Source: Neophaeotheca triangularis (lineage: Eukaryota). Taken from it: 64,000 nt of DNA. A program made the position numbers and the translations under genes. Under the pieces are notes generated by a model. That model worked only from the letters and a program-made list of their open reading frames with translations, was not told the origin of the DNA and made no database searches. How positions within the stretch are numbered: the stretch's first letter is position 1; each line of letters starts with the position of its first letter. This document shows, piece after piece, positions 50,413-61,788 of this stretch. The stretch spans positions 186,001-250,000 of the forward strand of contig BAAIJX010000019.1 in the NCBI GenBank assembly GCA_054600435.1, read 5' to 3'.

Positions 50413-53400
50413 GTAAGACGACAACTAAGAGAGGCTCGGATAGTGAGTCTACTAACACTACCTCTCACTATGTCTTTATAGCTTTATAGGTAGAGTATGT
50501 CGACGAGTACTTAGAGTAACTACTCCTGTCTTCTACTATAACTAATAGATAGATTGTTGACTTAGGAGCTTCATTACATTTTACGTATGACTTTACTAGT
50601 ATAAGTAAGGTCACACCCTATAATATACTTGTTCGTATTAGTAAGGGCAATATTAGAGCGACACATAAAGGCTCCGTGATGCTTAAAGTTAAAAGTAAGA
50701 GCTAGGAGAAGTATATAGTAAAGAGCTTAGAGTTTACTAGGGTGCTATTTGTCGCTAGTTTAAGCGCTAACCTACTATCGACTTAGGTCTTAAAGTAAAA
50801 GGGCCTATTTTACCGTAACGACAATAATGTCCTATTTAGTAAAGATAGTGTCATGGCCTCTATAGAGGACCATAATAGCCTACTATAGCTAGCTCTAGCT
50901 AGCGGTACTACGTATACTTACACTACATCTTTAAAGGACATCGTACTAGCTAAAGGAAGCGATAATCTCTAGTACCTATACCTTAGCTATACTACACATA
51001 AGAAGCTCCTTACTATAGCTAGTAGTAGAGTAACTAGTATGAGTATAACTAACTCTAAGAACCGCGAGTACTCTATATATATAGAAGTAACGGCTAAAAA
51101 GGTAGTTAGTAGGGTACCTACTCTATACTCTAGATAGCCTTTTAATAAGGTATTAGTAGATATTGTCATAGTAACTATAAATGGTAAGCAAAAGTACTTT
51201 ACCCTAGTCATAGACTCTACTACTATATATAGGCATATCTATAAGCATAAGCTTAAAGGGGGAGCTAAGGTAGCTCTTTAGTAGTACATCGAGTATATTA
51301 AAACATAGACTAGTAGCTATATTAAGGCAATTCGAATTAATAGAGGCCTTAAATTTAGTGGTAATAAGCTCTATACATATTACTAGGACCGCGGTATCTA
51401 CCTATAGGTCATAACCCCCTATAGCTCCTTTAAGAATAGTAGGGCTAAGGTGTCTAACTACCTAGTAGTAACTATAGCACGTAAGCTTATACTAGCTAGT
51501 AAGGTACCAAAACATCTTTAGCTAGAGGTAGTCAAAACTACTGTTTTACTACTAAACTTACTACTCTCTAAAGCTACTAAAGGCATACCTTATACCCTAC
51601 TAGCTACTACTCTAGACTAGAAGGTGAAAAAGCCTTATGTTAGTAACCTTAAGGCCTATAGATATACTACCTATATACTAGATAAGAGTATTACTTAGGG
51701 AGACAAACTAGCTCCTAGAGCTATAGCTAGCTAGCTAGTTAGCTATAAAGGGCATAATATCTACCGTGTCTAGATGCCTTAACTACGTAGGGTTGTCTAT
51801 ACCTTAAACTACAACTTTTAAGAAGGTTCTAGGGGTACTAGTAATACTATTACATAGAACGACGACATTGTCTTTCTCGAAGGTAGCTTACCTTCTAGGG
51901 GTAATAGCGATAAGTACATAAGACTACCGTAATAGCATGACACTACTCTAAGTAGTACATCTCCGACTAGCGACGCTTTATAGACTAGTAACGCTCTAAC
52001 TAGCGACGTACCGTAGACTAGCGATGTTCCGTAAGAGTATAAAGCTTCGACGTATAAGACGTAGCCTACTAATAACGAGCTATAGATGTATATTCTAGAC
52101 TTTAGCTATAAGCGAGAGGGCACTACTAAGTCATAAGCTGAGTTAGTTAGTACTAGCGTAAGACGCTCTAGACGAGTTCGTAAATAGACTAAGAAGGCCA
52201 TTAAATCTTAGTAGTAATAGTAAGAGTAGGACATAGTATGTAGTAGGCTACTAAGGAGTGTATATATAGCGCTAGTTATGGCTATTAAAGAGTATAGAAT
52301 GGGACAAGCTACTCCGGATACCTATAACGAGGCTATTAACTCGGTTAATAGTGAGTACTAGATTAAGGCTATAGAGACTAAGATCGAAGCTTATTAGAAG
52401 CATAGTACCTAGAAGCTTATCTAGCTACTAAAGGGTACTAGACTAATAAGCGGCAAATAGGTATTCACGCTTAAGACCGACGTAACGGACGGCTCTTATC
52501 GGTTCAAGGCTCGCTAGGTAGCTCGTAGTTTCACTTAGACTAAGGGAGTTAATTATAGCGAGACATATATAGCTGTTATTAAGCCTTCGACTATATGTAT
52601 ATTGCTTATAGTAGCTATAGCTGAAGACCTTAAGATCTATTAGTTTAATGTTGTTATGGCCTTCCTAGAAGCCTTAATAGGTAACTAGAAGGTGTTCGTG
52701 TAGTAACTAGTCGGTTTCGAGCAAGGTGACTTAGTTTACTAGCTCTAAAGAGCCCTATATAGCCTTAAGTAGTCTCCGCTCTTATAGTATAAGTAGCTTA
52801 CTAAATACCTCCGTAACCTCCATTTTAAGCCGCTCTAGTCTAATACATATCTGTTTAAACACTAGCTAACTAGGGGCTTCGTTCTTATCTATATAGATAA
52901 CCTACTAGTTATTACGAAGAAGCTTAGCGACATGTAAGACATAGCTTAGGCTCTAAAATAGCGTTTTAACCTTAAGGAGCTTAGGGAGGTTAGTAACTTC
53001 CTTAGAAGCCGTATTATTAGAGACTACTCATAACGTATGATCGACATAGTGTAAGATGTGTACATTAAAAGGACCGTAAAGGCTCTACACCTAGCGGATC
53101 ACAAACTAGTGTACACTCCCCTAGACGCTCGTTTCAAGTAGCTTAAGGACGATATAAAGGCCCTAAAGTCACTACTTAAAAAGTATTAGAAGCTTATTAG
53201 TAGTCTTATGTGGCTAGCAATTAGTACTCGACTAGACATTACTTATATAGTGGGCCTTATAGTAAGACATATAGCTAACCTAACGGAATAGTAGTACGAG
53301 TAGGCCGTACGGTACATATAATACCTAGACATAACTCCGCTTATAGGGATACGACTTAGTAGCTCTAATAAAGGGTAGGAGATGTCTATAACCTACGAAC

Positions 53401-53993
53401 TTACTAGCTATGTCGATATGTCTTATAGCGACGACTTAGACACTAGAAGGTCAACTAGGGGCTACATCTTCTTCCTTAACGGCTTACTAGTTACATAGAA
53501 GTCTAGCTACTAACCTATTATCACTATATCTACTACTAAGGCCGAATATATACAACTTACCATTATAGTAAAGGAGGCCGCTATACTACGCCTTTTACTT
53601 AAGGAGGTAACTAGTTAGTTACTAACGGTATTACTCTATAAGGACAACTAACTAGCTATTAACCTACTAGCTAAGACTAGTAATACCGGTAGGAGTAAGT
53701 ATATCGACCTCTACTAGTACTACATTCGTTAAGAGATAGATAAAGGAGCCGTTATGGTAACTAAGGTAGACACTACTAAATAGGCTATAGACAGTCTCAC
53801 TAAGCTACTAGATAGGTATAAACTAGACATATCTAAATAGCTTATAGACATGATTGAGTGTAAATCTATTTGAGCTGACCCGACGGACACCTACCGGCTT
53901 GCCTTAGTACATGAGTAACTAGTGCTAAACTAGTAGTATGCGGTATTCGTCTAGTATAGGCATAGAAGCCGCAGGTCAGGTGACATGGGGGTG

Positions 53994-54165
53994 TGTTGAT
54001 GTGATTAGCCTGAGGCTCGGTCACGCTAGCTTAGGGCTGCACTAGTAGTGTTAGGTGGTCACGTGTTGTGTCACATGACGCGGCTTTATGAGCCACTCCT
54101 ACTTCTTCGTCTTGTCGTAGCTACCTACATACTTTGAATACTATGACACTTCATACCATTCAACA
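53994..54165 (+). repeat. Copia 3' LTR
   Basis: 172 bp; preceded by ATGGGGGTG and followed by TSD GCTCG. Confidence 0.95.
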
Positions 54166-54170
54166 GCTCG

Positions 54171-54480
54171 AGGAGTTACCGGTGGCATTCGATTTGACAG
54201 CACGAGAGACTATGGCAGTATCTGGGGTTCTGACGCTGGTGGAGGTCAAGGGGGTCTCACGGGGTTCAGAGCGCACGGTCCGCACGGGAGTTATGGCGGC
54301 TTTGGGGGACCGGGTGGCCACGGAAGTGGCAGCGTTGACCAAGTGTATGGGGAATCTGGGGAGCAAGGTGGATGGGAGGTTTTGGCCGCCAGAGCTCTCG
54401 TTCGCAACCGCCCTCTCGACGACGTTGGGCAGACCATCAACCCACGTGTGCTCACGAAAAGCACGAAGCATGCTCGCTGA
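54171..54480 (+). pseudogene. Displaced 3' end of paralog 3
   Basis: Joining 17296 to 54171 restores ...KLDSAR-GVTGGIRFDSTRDYG...LTKSTKHAR*: 102 open codons, TGA at 54478-54480. Confidence 0.85.
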
Positions 54481-55652
54481 TGGGATTAGGCGTCGCTGTT
54501 TCGCAGTCGCTTGGGACATCCTCTTAAGCTACGCGAGAAGCTTTCGACACCTCGATTGTTAGACATTGATACTCCACAGAAACCTCAGTTCAAGACATGC
54601 CTCACATTCCAGGGCCTTGGGGCTCAGCTTCGAGTTACAGTCTAGTACAAGTGCCATCAAATTTACGATTGCGAACGATTTGAGAAAAGCAGATTCAACA
54701 AGCTATAGCAGATTGACAATCGTGGCTTAGATGGTAATCAGATCGTGGATGGAGGACGACGAGTCACGAGGTTCTGTAGCCCTATTGGTAGTACAAAGCA
54801 GCTCATTCATCTCACTGTCTTTCGATCTCTACAAGTAAACTGCGTTGTCTATTACCGATGTGGACCAACTCAGAGTCTGTACGGATACAGATGTATCCCG
54901 CTTACAGCTCATGCATAGTTCTAGACACGGAGAAGATTAATGTTTTTCTCCAAAGCCGCTGATCGTTGATAGAGCATTGTGCCTGGGAATACTTTAAAGC
55001 AATCAAGGCAGTGCGATTCGGTAGCAGCGGTACAATGCACGCCATCGACGGATGACAAAGACCGCCTTTGTTCAACACTTCGATGACACAATGTTTTTGT
55101 GTATACTTAGAAGAACCCTAACATGTCTTGCGTATAGACGTAATCAACTGCAATACGGAAAAGACAAGTATCAAACCACCTTTGAGCAGCTGTGGAGGAT
55201 TGTCTTTTTCAAACCCGATCTCCACCCATCGATGAGCTCTGAGCGAAATGGCCGTCTCTTCAGAGTGAAGTCGAGCGAACGTCAGGTTGATTATTTATTG
55301 TAAACCACATTCTATGCGGTTACGTCTGTATTCATGAGTGCCACTAATATGCATAGATTGATATTCACTTGAGGACCGGGCCCGTGCGCCCAGCGCTATG
55401 CAGCCTATAGACACAAATTCCAGTTGCTCGAAACTAAACTTTATCTCTACTATTTGGCATTGCAGATTGAGTACATGGTAAACTCAACACACTTGACAAT
55501 TCACACCACTTTTGAAGCGACTGCGATCTTTAAACTCTTGCCAAATATGGCGCAGTCTGGTCGCAACAACCAGAACCCAGGGAGCTGCTTCAACGGTGGG
55601 AAGTGAAAGACGGGGTCGTCCTCTCCGCCCCCAGATTCGTCCTGCACCATAA

Positions 55653-56300
55653 CACTATCAACGACTAGGCTCCGACGACACCGAAGACATCTCAGACGTC
55701 AAGTCCAACATGTGGACCCACGTTAAGCAGCTCGGCGAGGCGCCGAAGACGACGGCCTCGAAAGACGCTCCAGATGTGTGGGAGACTACCGGCGGCAACT
55801 TGAAAGCCGAAAAGAAGGATGCCTGGGACAGATGGCAAGTCAGAGCTTGCATCAAAACCGTGGAGTTGCTCTCAGGACTCGATTTGAAGGATAGATTCAA
55901 TGCCCAGGCAAAGAGCTACGTCCACTTGACGGTACTGAAGGTCTTCGAGGCTACTGTCGATCTCACCACAGACACTAGCGGGGACATGCAGAGCACCAAC
56001 AACATGCCTTCGACCTTCTCGCGGTCCCGCAGCGAAGACATGCCCGCTATCCGGCGCCCTCCTGCGCAGGCCGTGTTCGAGAATAAGCCCTTCATGTTCC
56101 AGGAGATCGGAGTTGGGCTTGGACAGGAGGACTTCCTCCGCGAGCGGCCTGCGGGTAAGGCAGAGCCCGTCGCTGGCCCTCATGCGCTCACTCAAGACCA
56201 TAAGCGCGCTCGGATGGGTGATCAGTGGTCGCTGCTTGGTACTCGCTCGTCAGATCAAGGTTCCTCTCCTCCGGGGAGGCAACGCGAGCGCGGCTCTTGA
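55653..56300 (+). pseudogene. Internally deleted family paralog 4
   Basis: EDISDVKSNMWTHVKQL...KKDAWDRWQVRAC...YVHLTVLKVFEATVDL matches paralog 3 (DDISVVIANQWQHVENL...KAAWAKWQTNAC...FIHFTALKIFEAVLEL). The SERL/YAIxR half of the domain is missing; upstream in-frame TAA at 55650. Confidence 0.7.
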
Positions 56301-56880
56301 GGGTGCGACGAATTGTTCTTGTTTCCCGGATAGACACATATATAGGATAGAAGCAAGAAGAGAGACCGGCTTGGTCATCTGGCCGAGCTAAGATAAGCAA
56401 TATCGTACCACCATACCACGCTTCTACAATACGAGGGCCGTCCCAAGCTCTTTTACATTTCTTGCAAGCAATTCGACTGTAGCCATTTCAGGTCTAGGTC
56501 AGATGGGAAGACCGCACATCAAAATGCCCAGGAGGCGGAAGTGACGCTCATGTGTTCAGGATTGGGCTGTCTGGAGGAATTACGAGGTTCCAAGCCTGCA
56601 TCTCCGACTCAAATCGAGTCTTCAGAAACTGGAGAGATAAATCTGGCAATTCGGCGCGGAAGACGGGGAAAGGTTTCACGTAGTGGAGAAAGCTTACTTC
56701 CCTTGTAGACAAACCCCATGAGACCGCCATAGCTCCCCTGAGGAGCCCGCTAACCTAGAAGCCCCCACCCTTCCCATGATACCATGAACACCATCGTCCG
56801 GTGACCCGAACTCACATGCCGCAAAACCCCGCACCGAAAACCCTCAACGCCCATCACTCACATCTCCTAACGCGAACCGC

Positions 56881-59600
56881 TTAAATGTCCCCCAAATCCA
56901 CCTCCCCATCATCCACGACCCTCGCCCCAGCCGCAGGCGCACCGTCCCGGCCCTCCGCCAGCGCGGAAAGCTCATCCAGTTCATCCATACCCTCTCCACC
57001 ATCCCCACCATCACCACCCTGCCCATTCCCAGCCCTCAATTCGGCAACCTTACTAGCCTCCGGCCCCGCCTTAGCAGCCACGAACCCAGCAGGCGCACGA
57101 GCCTGCCGCTCCAAAGCGGCCATGGCGTCGAGTTCCTCGCCGCCTTCGGCCAAGATGGCGGTGGCAGCGTTGTCGATTTCGGACTCATCAGGGGCAGTGG
57201 AAGTGGAAGTATTGTTGCCTCCGGCGGAAGCGCGTTGACGAGCGAGAGCCTGGGCGGCGATGAAATTGACGTCGGTGCTGAGAAAGGCGTTAGTGTTAGT
57301 GAGATGTTTGGGGGGAGGGTGGGGGGGTGAAAAGGGATGGGTAAGGCGCACTTGTGCTCGGCAGTAACACTACGCTTGACGCGGAGCATTTCCTTGTAAG
57401 TGTCTTCGTTGCCGTGCTGGACTTCAAACCGCTCCCAGCCGGACCAGTATTCGGGGTTAGTGCGCGGGTCGCAGAACTGGGAGCCGTGGCCCCAAATAGC
57501 TCTGGCGCGGTCGATTTCGCCGAGGCGGCGCTCGACTTCCGCGAACTTGACGCACATTGCTGCAGCTTCTTTATCGGGGAGGGAAGCGATAGCTTCCTCG
57601 TAGATTTTGCGGGTGGATGGGACGCCGAAGTTGGAAGTGGACTTCGTGATATAGAATTCGTACATGGCGGCTTTGTCGGCGTCGGCAACGGCGCGGGTGG
57701 CGCGCTCGTAGATGCGCATGGCATGGCGGGCCAGGCCGCGGTCTTCTTCGAGCGCACCGTACATTTGGAAAATGGGGCGCGCGAATTTCGGAGGCACGCC
57801 TTCGAGGGCTTGTTCGAAGAGGTCGCGGAGCCGTTCGATGCTGATGCGGCGGTCGACAGCTTTTTGGAGGTAGGAATTCCAGAGTTCGAAGGCGACAGGG
57901 TAGGAGAAAAGGTCAAGGCCGCGTTCATAGATGCGGAAGGAGTCTTCGTGGTAGCCATGCTCTTCGAGGAGGTTGGCGTAGTTGACGACGGTTTGTGGGG
58001 TGGCTATGCGGAGTTCGAAGATGCGGTCGTAGATTGCGCGGGCTTTTTCGAGGGGTTCGGTAGCTTCCACTAGATCGACGTAGAAAGACCAGAGCTTCCA
58101 GGATTTGTGCACGCGCTGTTGTGGGGTGAGAGTTTCGTCGAAGTAATCCACTGTGCTGCGCTTTGGCGCCATCGTCGCGGTGGCCATGATCTGTACAGCG
58201 CGTTCAGGTTGATTGGCGCGACATTCCAGCTCTGCCCACTCATTCCAAACTTCGGCAAGTTCTGCAACGGATCTGAACGGGACCTTAACGGCTTTTTCGA
58301 AGATTATACGGGCGTTGCGGAGGTCGCCGCCTTCTTCGTAGAATTTGGCGTAGTGGATCCACAGTTCTTCAAGTTTTCCAGAAGCTCGTTTGGGGTTGAT
58401 TGCCGCGATTGCATCGGTGTACGTCTGCACGACCATTTCTTTATTATCGCCCCACAGAGCCACGCGCTTCTGCCATTCATTCACGTTGTGCGGATTTTGT
58501 CGCAGGTAGACGTCGTTGACCAAGAACGGCCTGCGGTCGATGAGCTGCTCAAAACGCATCATGCGGATATTAACATCGGCCTCGGCATCTTCATCTTCAA
58601 CTCCCTTGCTCTTCTGGGAGGCCAGCTCATCCATCTTGATGCCAATGAGCGTTTCCTCGGCTTCGGAGTAGGTGTCAAAAACAACAGAAAAGTCGCGAAT
58701 AGTTCCAACAGTAGTGATGCCCTCCTCAAAGATGTCGCGAGCTTTTTCGTAGTTCCCGAGATTGATATAGTACCGCGCCAAACCAACGCGCAGGATACCG
58801 CTCTGGTCAGGAAAGCGGTCGAGACCGCTTCGGATGATCTTATCGACGTGCACGCTGGAACCGGAAGTGAGAGGCACCGGGTTCGGTACTAGGCGGGCAT
58901 GGTCGATCAGAATCTCCAGCATCTCAGTCCAGAGTTGAAAGGGACCCTTCTGCTCCTTGGACCGAAAGCGCGGGTTGTTCAGAACATCGATGTAGCGCTG
59001 CACGGCTTCCGTGTAATGCTCTTCGCGCACCAAAAGGAAAATATAGTCCTCAATGTCCTCCGGGTACAGCTGTGCGTAGCGCTTCCAGATCTTGACAGCC
59101 GTCTCGCCTCCAGCGGCATTCGCAAAAGGCTTGTAAAGCGCCCAGATACGGTTGTGCTGCGTCAGAGGCAGCGCGCGAAGAGCGCGGTCGAAAGTGCGGC
59201 GGGTGAAGGTGAGGAGGGGTTGGGTGCAGAGGAACGCAAGGTACATTTCCCAGATCTTCGGCATCTTGTTCAGCAAGACGAGGGCGCGCTCGAAAAGAGC
59301 ATTGACCTTCTGGTATTCACCCTTATAGCGCGCGGGTACTTTGCCCTTGAGATGTGCCGTCCGAAGTTCAAGGTAGATTTTCCAGATTTTGTAGCTGCGT
59401 GGCAGAGCGACACACGCGCGCTCCAGCACAAAGCATTGCTCGACCAAGGAGCCCGTCTGCCTCTTGAAGTTGATGTAGTTCAGCCATGGCCGTATCTCCC
59501 CAGGAGCCTTGGCGATATCCAGCTCGTAGATCTCATCGTTCTGGCCGATGAAGTGCAGTTGCGACTGCTGCTGCTGTTGCTGGGTGGAAGTTTGCGCCAT
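56881..59600 (-). CDS. SYF1: Pre-mRNA-splicing factor SYF1 (HAT/TPR repeats)
   Basis: ERACVALPRSYKIW, FDRALRALPLTQHNRIW, LRQNPHNVNEW, FEVQHGNEDTYKEMLRVKRSV. ATG at 59600; intron 57278-57351 restores HNTDVNFIA. Confidence 0.95.
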
Positions 59601-60088
59601 CTTGGACGATTGCGATTCTTTTCGTGATCTTCCGAGTGAGAGGGTGAAGGGCGGTGTCAGCGTTCGCAGCAGCTCGCCGGGCATCATCCGACGGGATGAG
59701 GGGGGAGAGGACGACGTGGATGAGACCACTTCTTCGTACGCCTGGACACGTCAAGTGAATGAAGTGAACATTGGAAGTGAGGTAGGGTAAGGTAGGGTGA
59801 GGTAGCTGAAGTTAAGATTGTCTTATCGCTAGACCCGCATCGGTCGGGCTGTTTTCGATGCCAAGACCGGAGAGCTTGTCCAAGCTCCAGCAGCTTGGGT
59901 TGACGTCGCCCGGTGCTGCTTCTGGATACGGTAACTACGGTATACCTCATATATACCTTAACTCCTCTACTTCCACCACCTGCACCTCTTCCGCCACCGC
60001 GATTCTACTGCGCTTTGAGCTACCTGATCCACCGCCGGCGAAGAAGCCCCCTAAAGCACTCATCTGAACCCCCCACTACTCGCCCACC

Positions 60089-61053
60089 ATGTCGGGCAAG
60101 GCAAGTCCCCCTCCAACCGAAGCCAAATCACGACCCCAGCACCCATGATCTCCATTACCTCTTCTCAAGATCCCACTAACCCCTTCCCTTCCAGGACCGC
60201 GAACCCGTCTTCCCAACCCGACAATCCCTCGGCGCAATGAAATCTAAGCTCAAAGGCGCGCAAACCGGACACGACCTCCTCAAACGCAAATCCGAAGCCC
60301 TGACCAAACGCTTCCGCGAAATCACCAAAAGGATAGATTCCGCCAAACAAAAAATGGGCCGGGTGATGCAGATCGCCGCCTTCTCGCTCGCCGAAGTCAC
60401 CTACGCCGTCGGCAACAACCAAGTCGGGTACCAAATCACTGAGAGCGTGCGGTCCGCGAAGTTCAGAGTGCGAACCAGGCAGGAGAATGTCAGTGGTGTG
60501 TTTTTGCCGCAATTTGAGAGTTTTCAGATGGAGGGGGGCAGTGAGTTCGGGATGATGGGGCTGGGAAAGGGTGGACAGCAGGTCCAGAGGTGTCGGGAGA
60601 CGTACACGAGGGCTGTGGAGACGCTGGTTGAGTTGGCGAGCTTGCAGACGGCGTTTGTGATCCTCGACGAGGTCATCAAAGTCGTGAATCGCAGAGTCAA
60701 CGCCATGTACGTTTGCCTCCTCATCCCTTTCAATCCTTCTCGCTTGCTCACGCTTTGCTAACTACCCCCACAATAGCGAACATGTCATCATCCCCCGCAC
60801 GGAAAACACGATCAAATACATCAACAGCGAACTCGACGAGCTCGACCGTGAGGAATTCTTCCGGCTCAAAAAAGTCAAAGGCGTCAAGGAGAAGGCCAAA
60901 GCGGCCGAGGAAGTCGAATTGCGCGCCAAGCGTGCCAAAGAGCAAGGAAAACAGGGCTCTGCTGCTGGTAGCAGTGACAAGGAGAATGCCGATGGCCAGC
61001 AGGGCAGTGGTAATGTGCTGGGTGAAGAGGGTGATGAGGATGTGATTTTTTGA
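60089..61053 (+). CDS. VMA8: V-type ATPase subunit D
   Basis: Exons 60089-60100, 60195-60706, 60777-61053 give MSGKDREPVFPTRQSL...[61 protein letters not shown]...DEDVIF. Confidence 0.95.
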
Positions 61054-61788
61054 ATTGGGCGGGGTTATGGGGGTGAATTTTTTTACTCTGTTTGCCAGCC
61101 CGTGGCTTCTCTGCTGGCTGGCCTGGGACCCCCAGGAGTTTTTTTGTTGTCGTTAATGGGAGCGTTCCTTGCCTTTGAAGCTGTTGTTCTTTCCGTGTGT
61201 ATAGCGGGATATTTACTGCGAGCGAGAACCTGAACTGTGCCTTTCATTCGCGGGCTCCTGTTTCCTTTCCGTGGCACCCTTTGCGAAGTCGGTGAACTCG
61301 TGAAAGCGCCCAGTCGGACCAACTTGATCAGGCTTGCCCGTTTGATCAATGCTGAAGTCGGGCTCTCGAAAAACCGCAGGTGAGCCCGATTTGAACGGCA
61401 GACACAACATGGTGTAGCGTACGCTCGTTCGTACTGGTTTATACCTTGTATCGACAGCCCTTTTACCCCTGTGGGAAAGCAATAGATATACAGGCCCAGT
61501 CGCCTATGCACCTGGTCATGGGGTCTACGAGCCGCTCTTCCCGCATCAGCCATGTTTGGCCCACCACCTCACCCTCAATAGAAAGTGAAAACAAGCAAGC
61601 CTGGTATATCGACCCAGAACGCCTTCCATGCCCAGCCGCCCAGCACCCGGCACCCTGTGAACCACAACCACCCACCCCCAAAACACCTTCTACGCACCAA
61701 GTACCCAGCAGCCCGCTCTCAAGAACCGCAAACCACATTTCACGGCCTTCTTTCCCTCAAATGTATCTCACTCCCGGCCAAAAACCTC

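Larger units (their letters stand above)
17297..54165 (+). mobile_element. Ty1/Copia LTR retrotransposon, RIP-mutated (5100 bp without nested inserts); outermost element
   Basis: 172-bp TG..CA LTRs 17297-17468 and 53994-54165; TSD GCTCG at 17292-17296 and 54166-54170; GGTTATGAGCCC after the 5' LTR. De-RIPed domain order is Copia-type: gag Zn knuckle ~18515-18560, protease WIVDSGA 50550-50570, integrase from LWHLRLGH ~50970, RT YVDD 52890-52901, RNase H ~53405. Confidence 0.95.

Noticed and set aside
54134..54562. 142-aa track ORF starting in the Copia 3' LTR
   Set aside because: Non-ATG start inside the LTR and a different frame from the restored paralog 3 tail.
59601..59729. N-terminal extension of SYF1 in the ORF track
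   Set aside because: Non-ATG start upstream of the conserved region. ATG 59600 fits better, although an in-frame ATG further upstream is not excluded.
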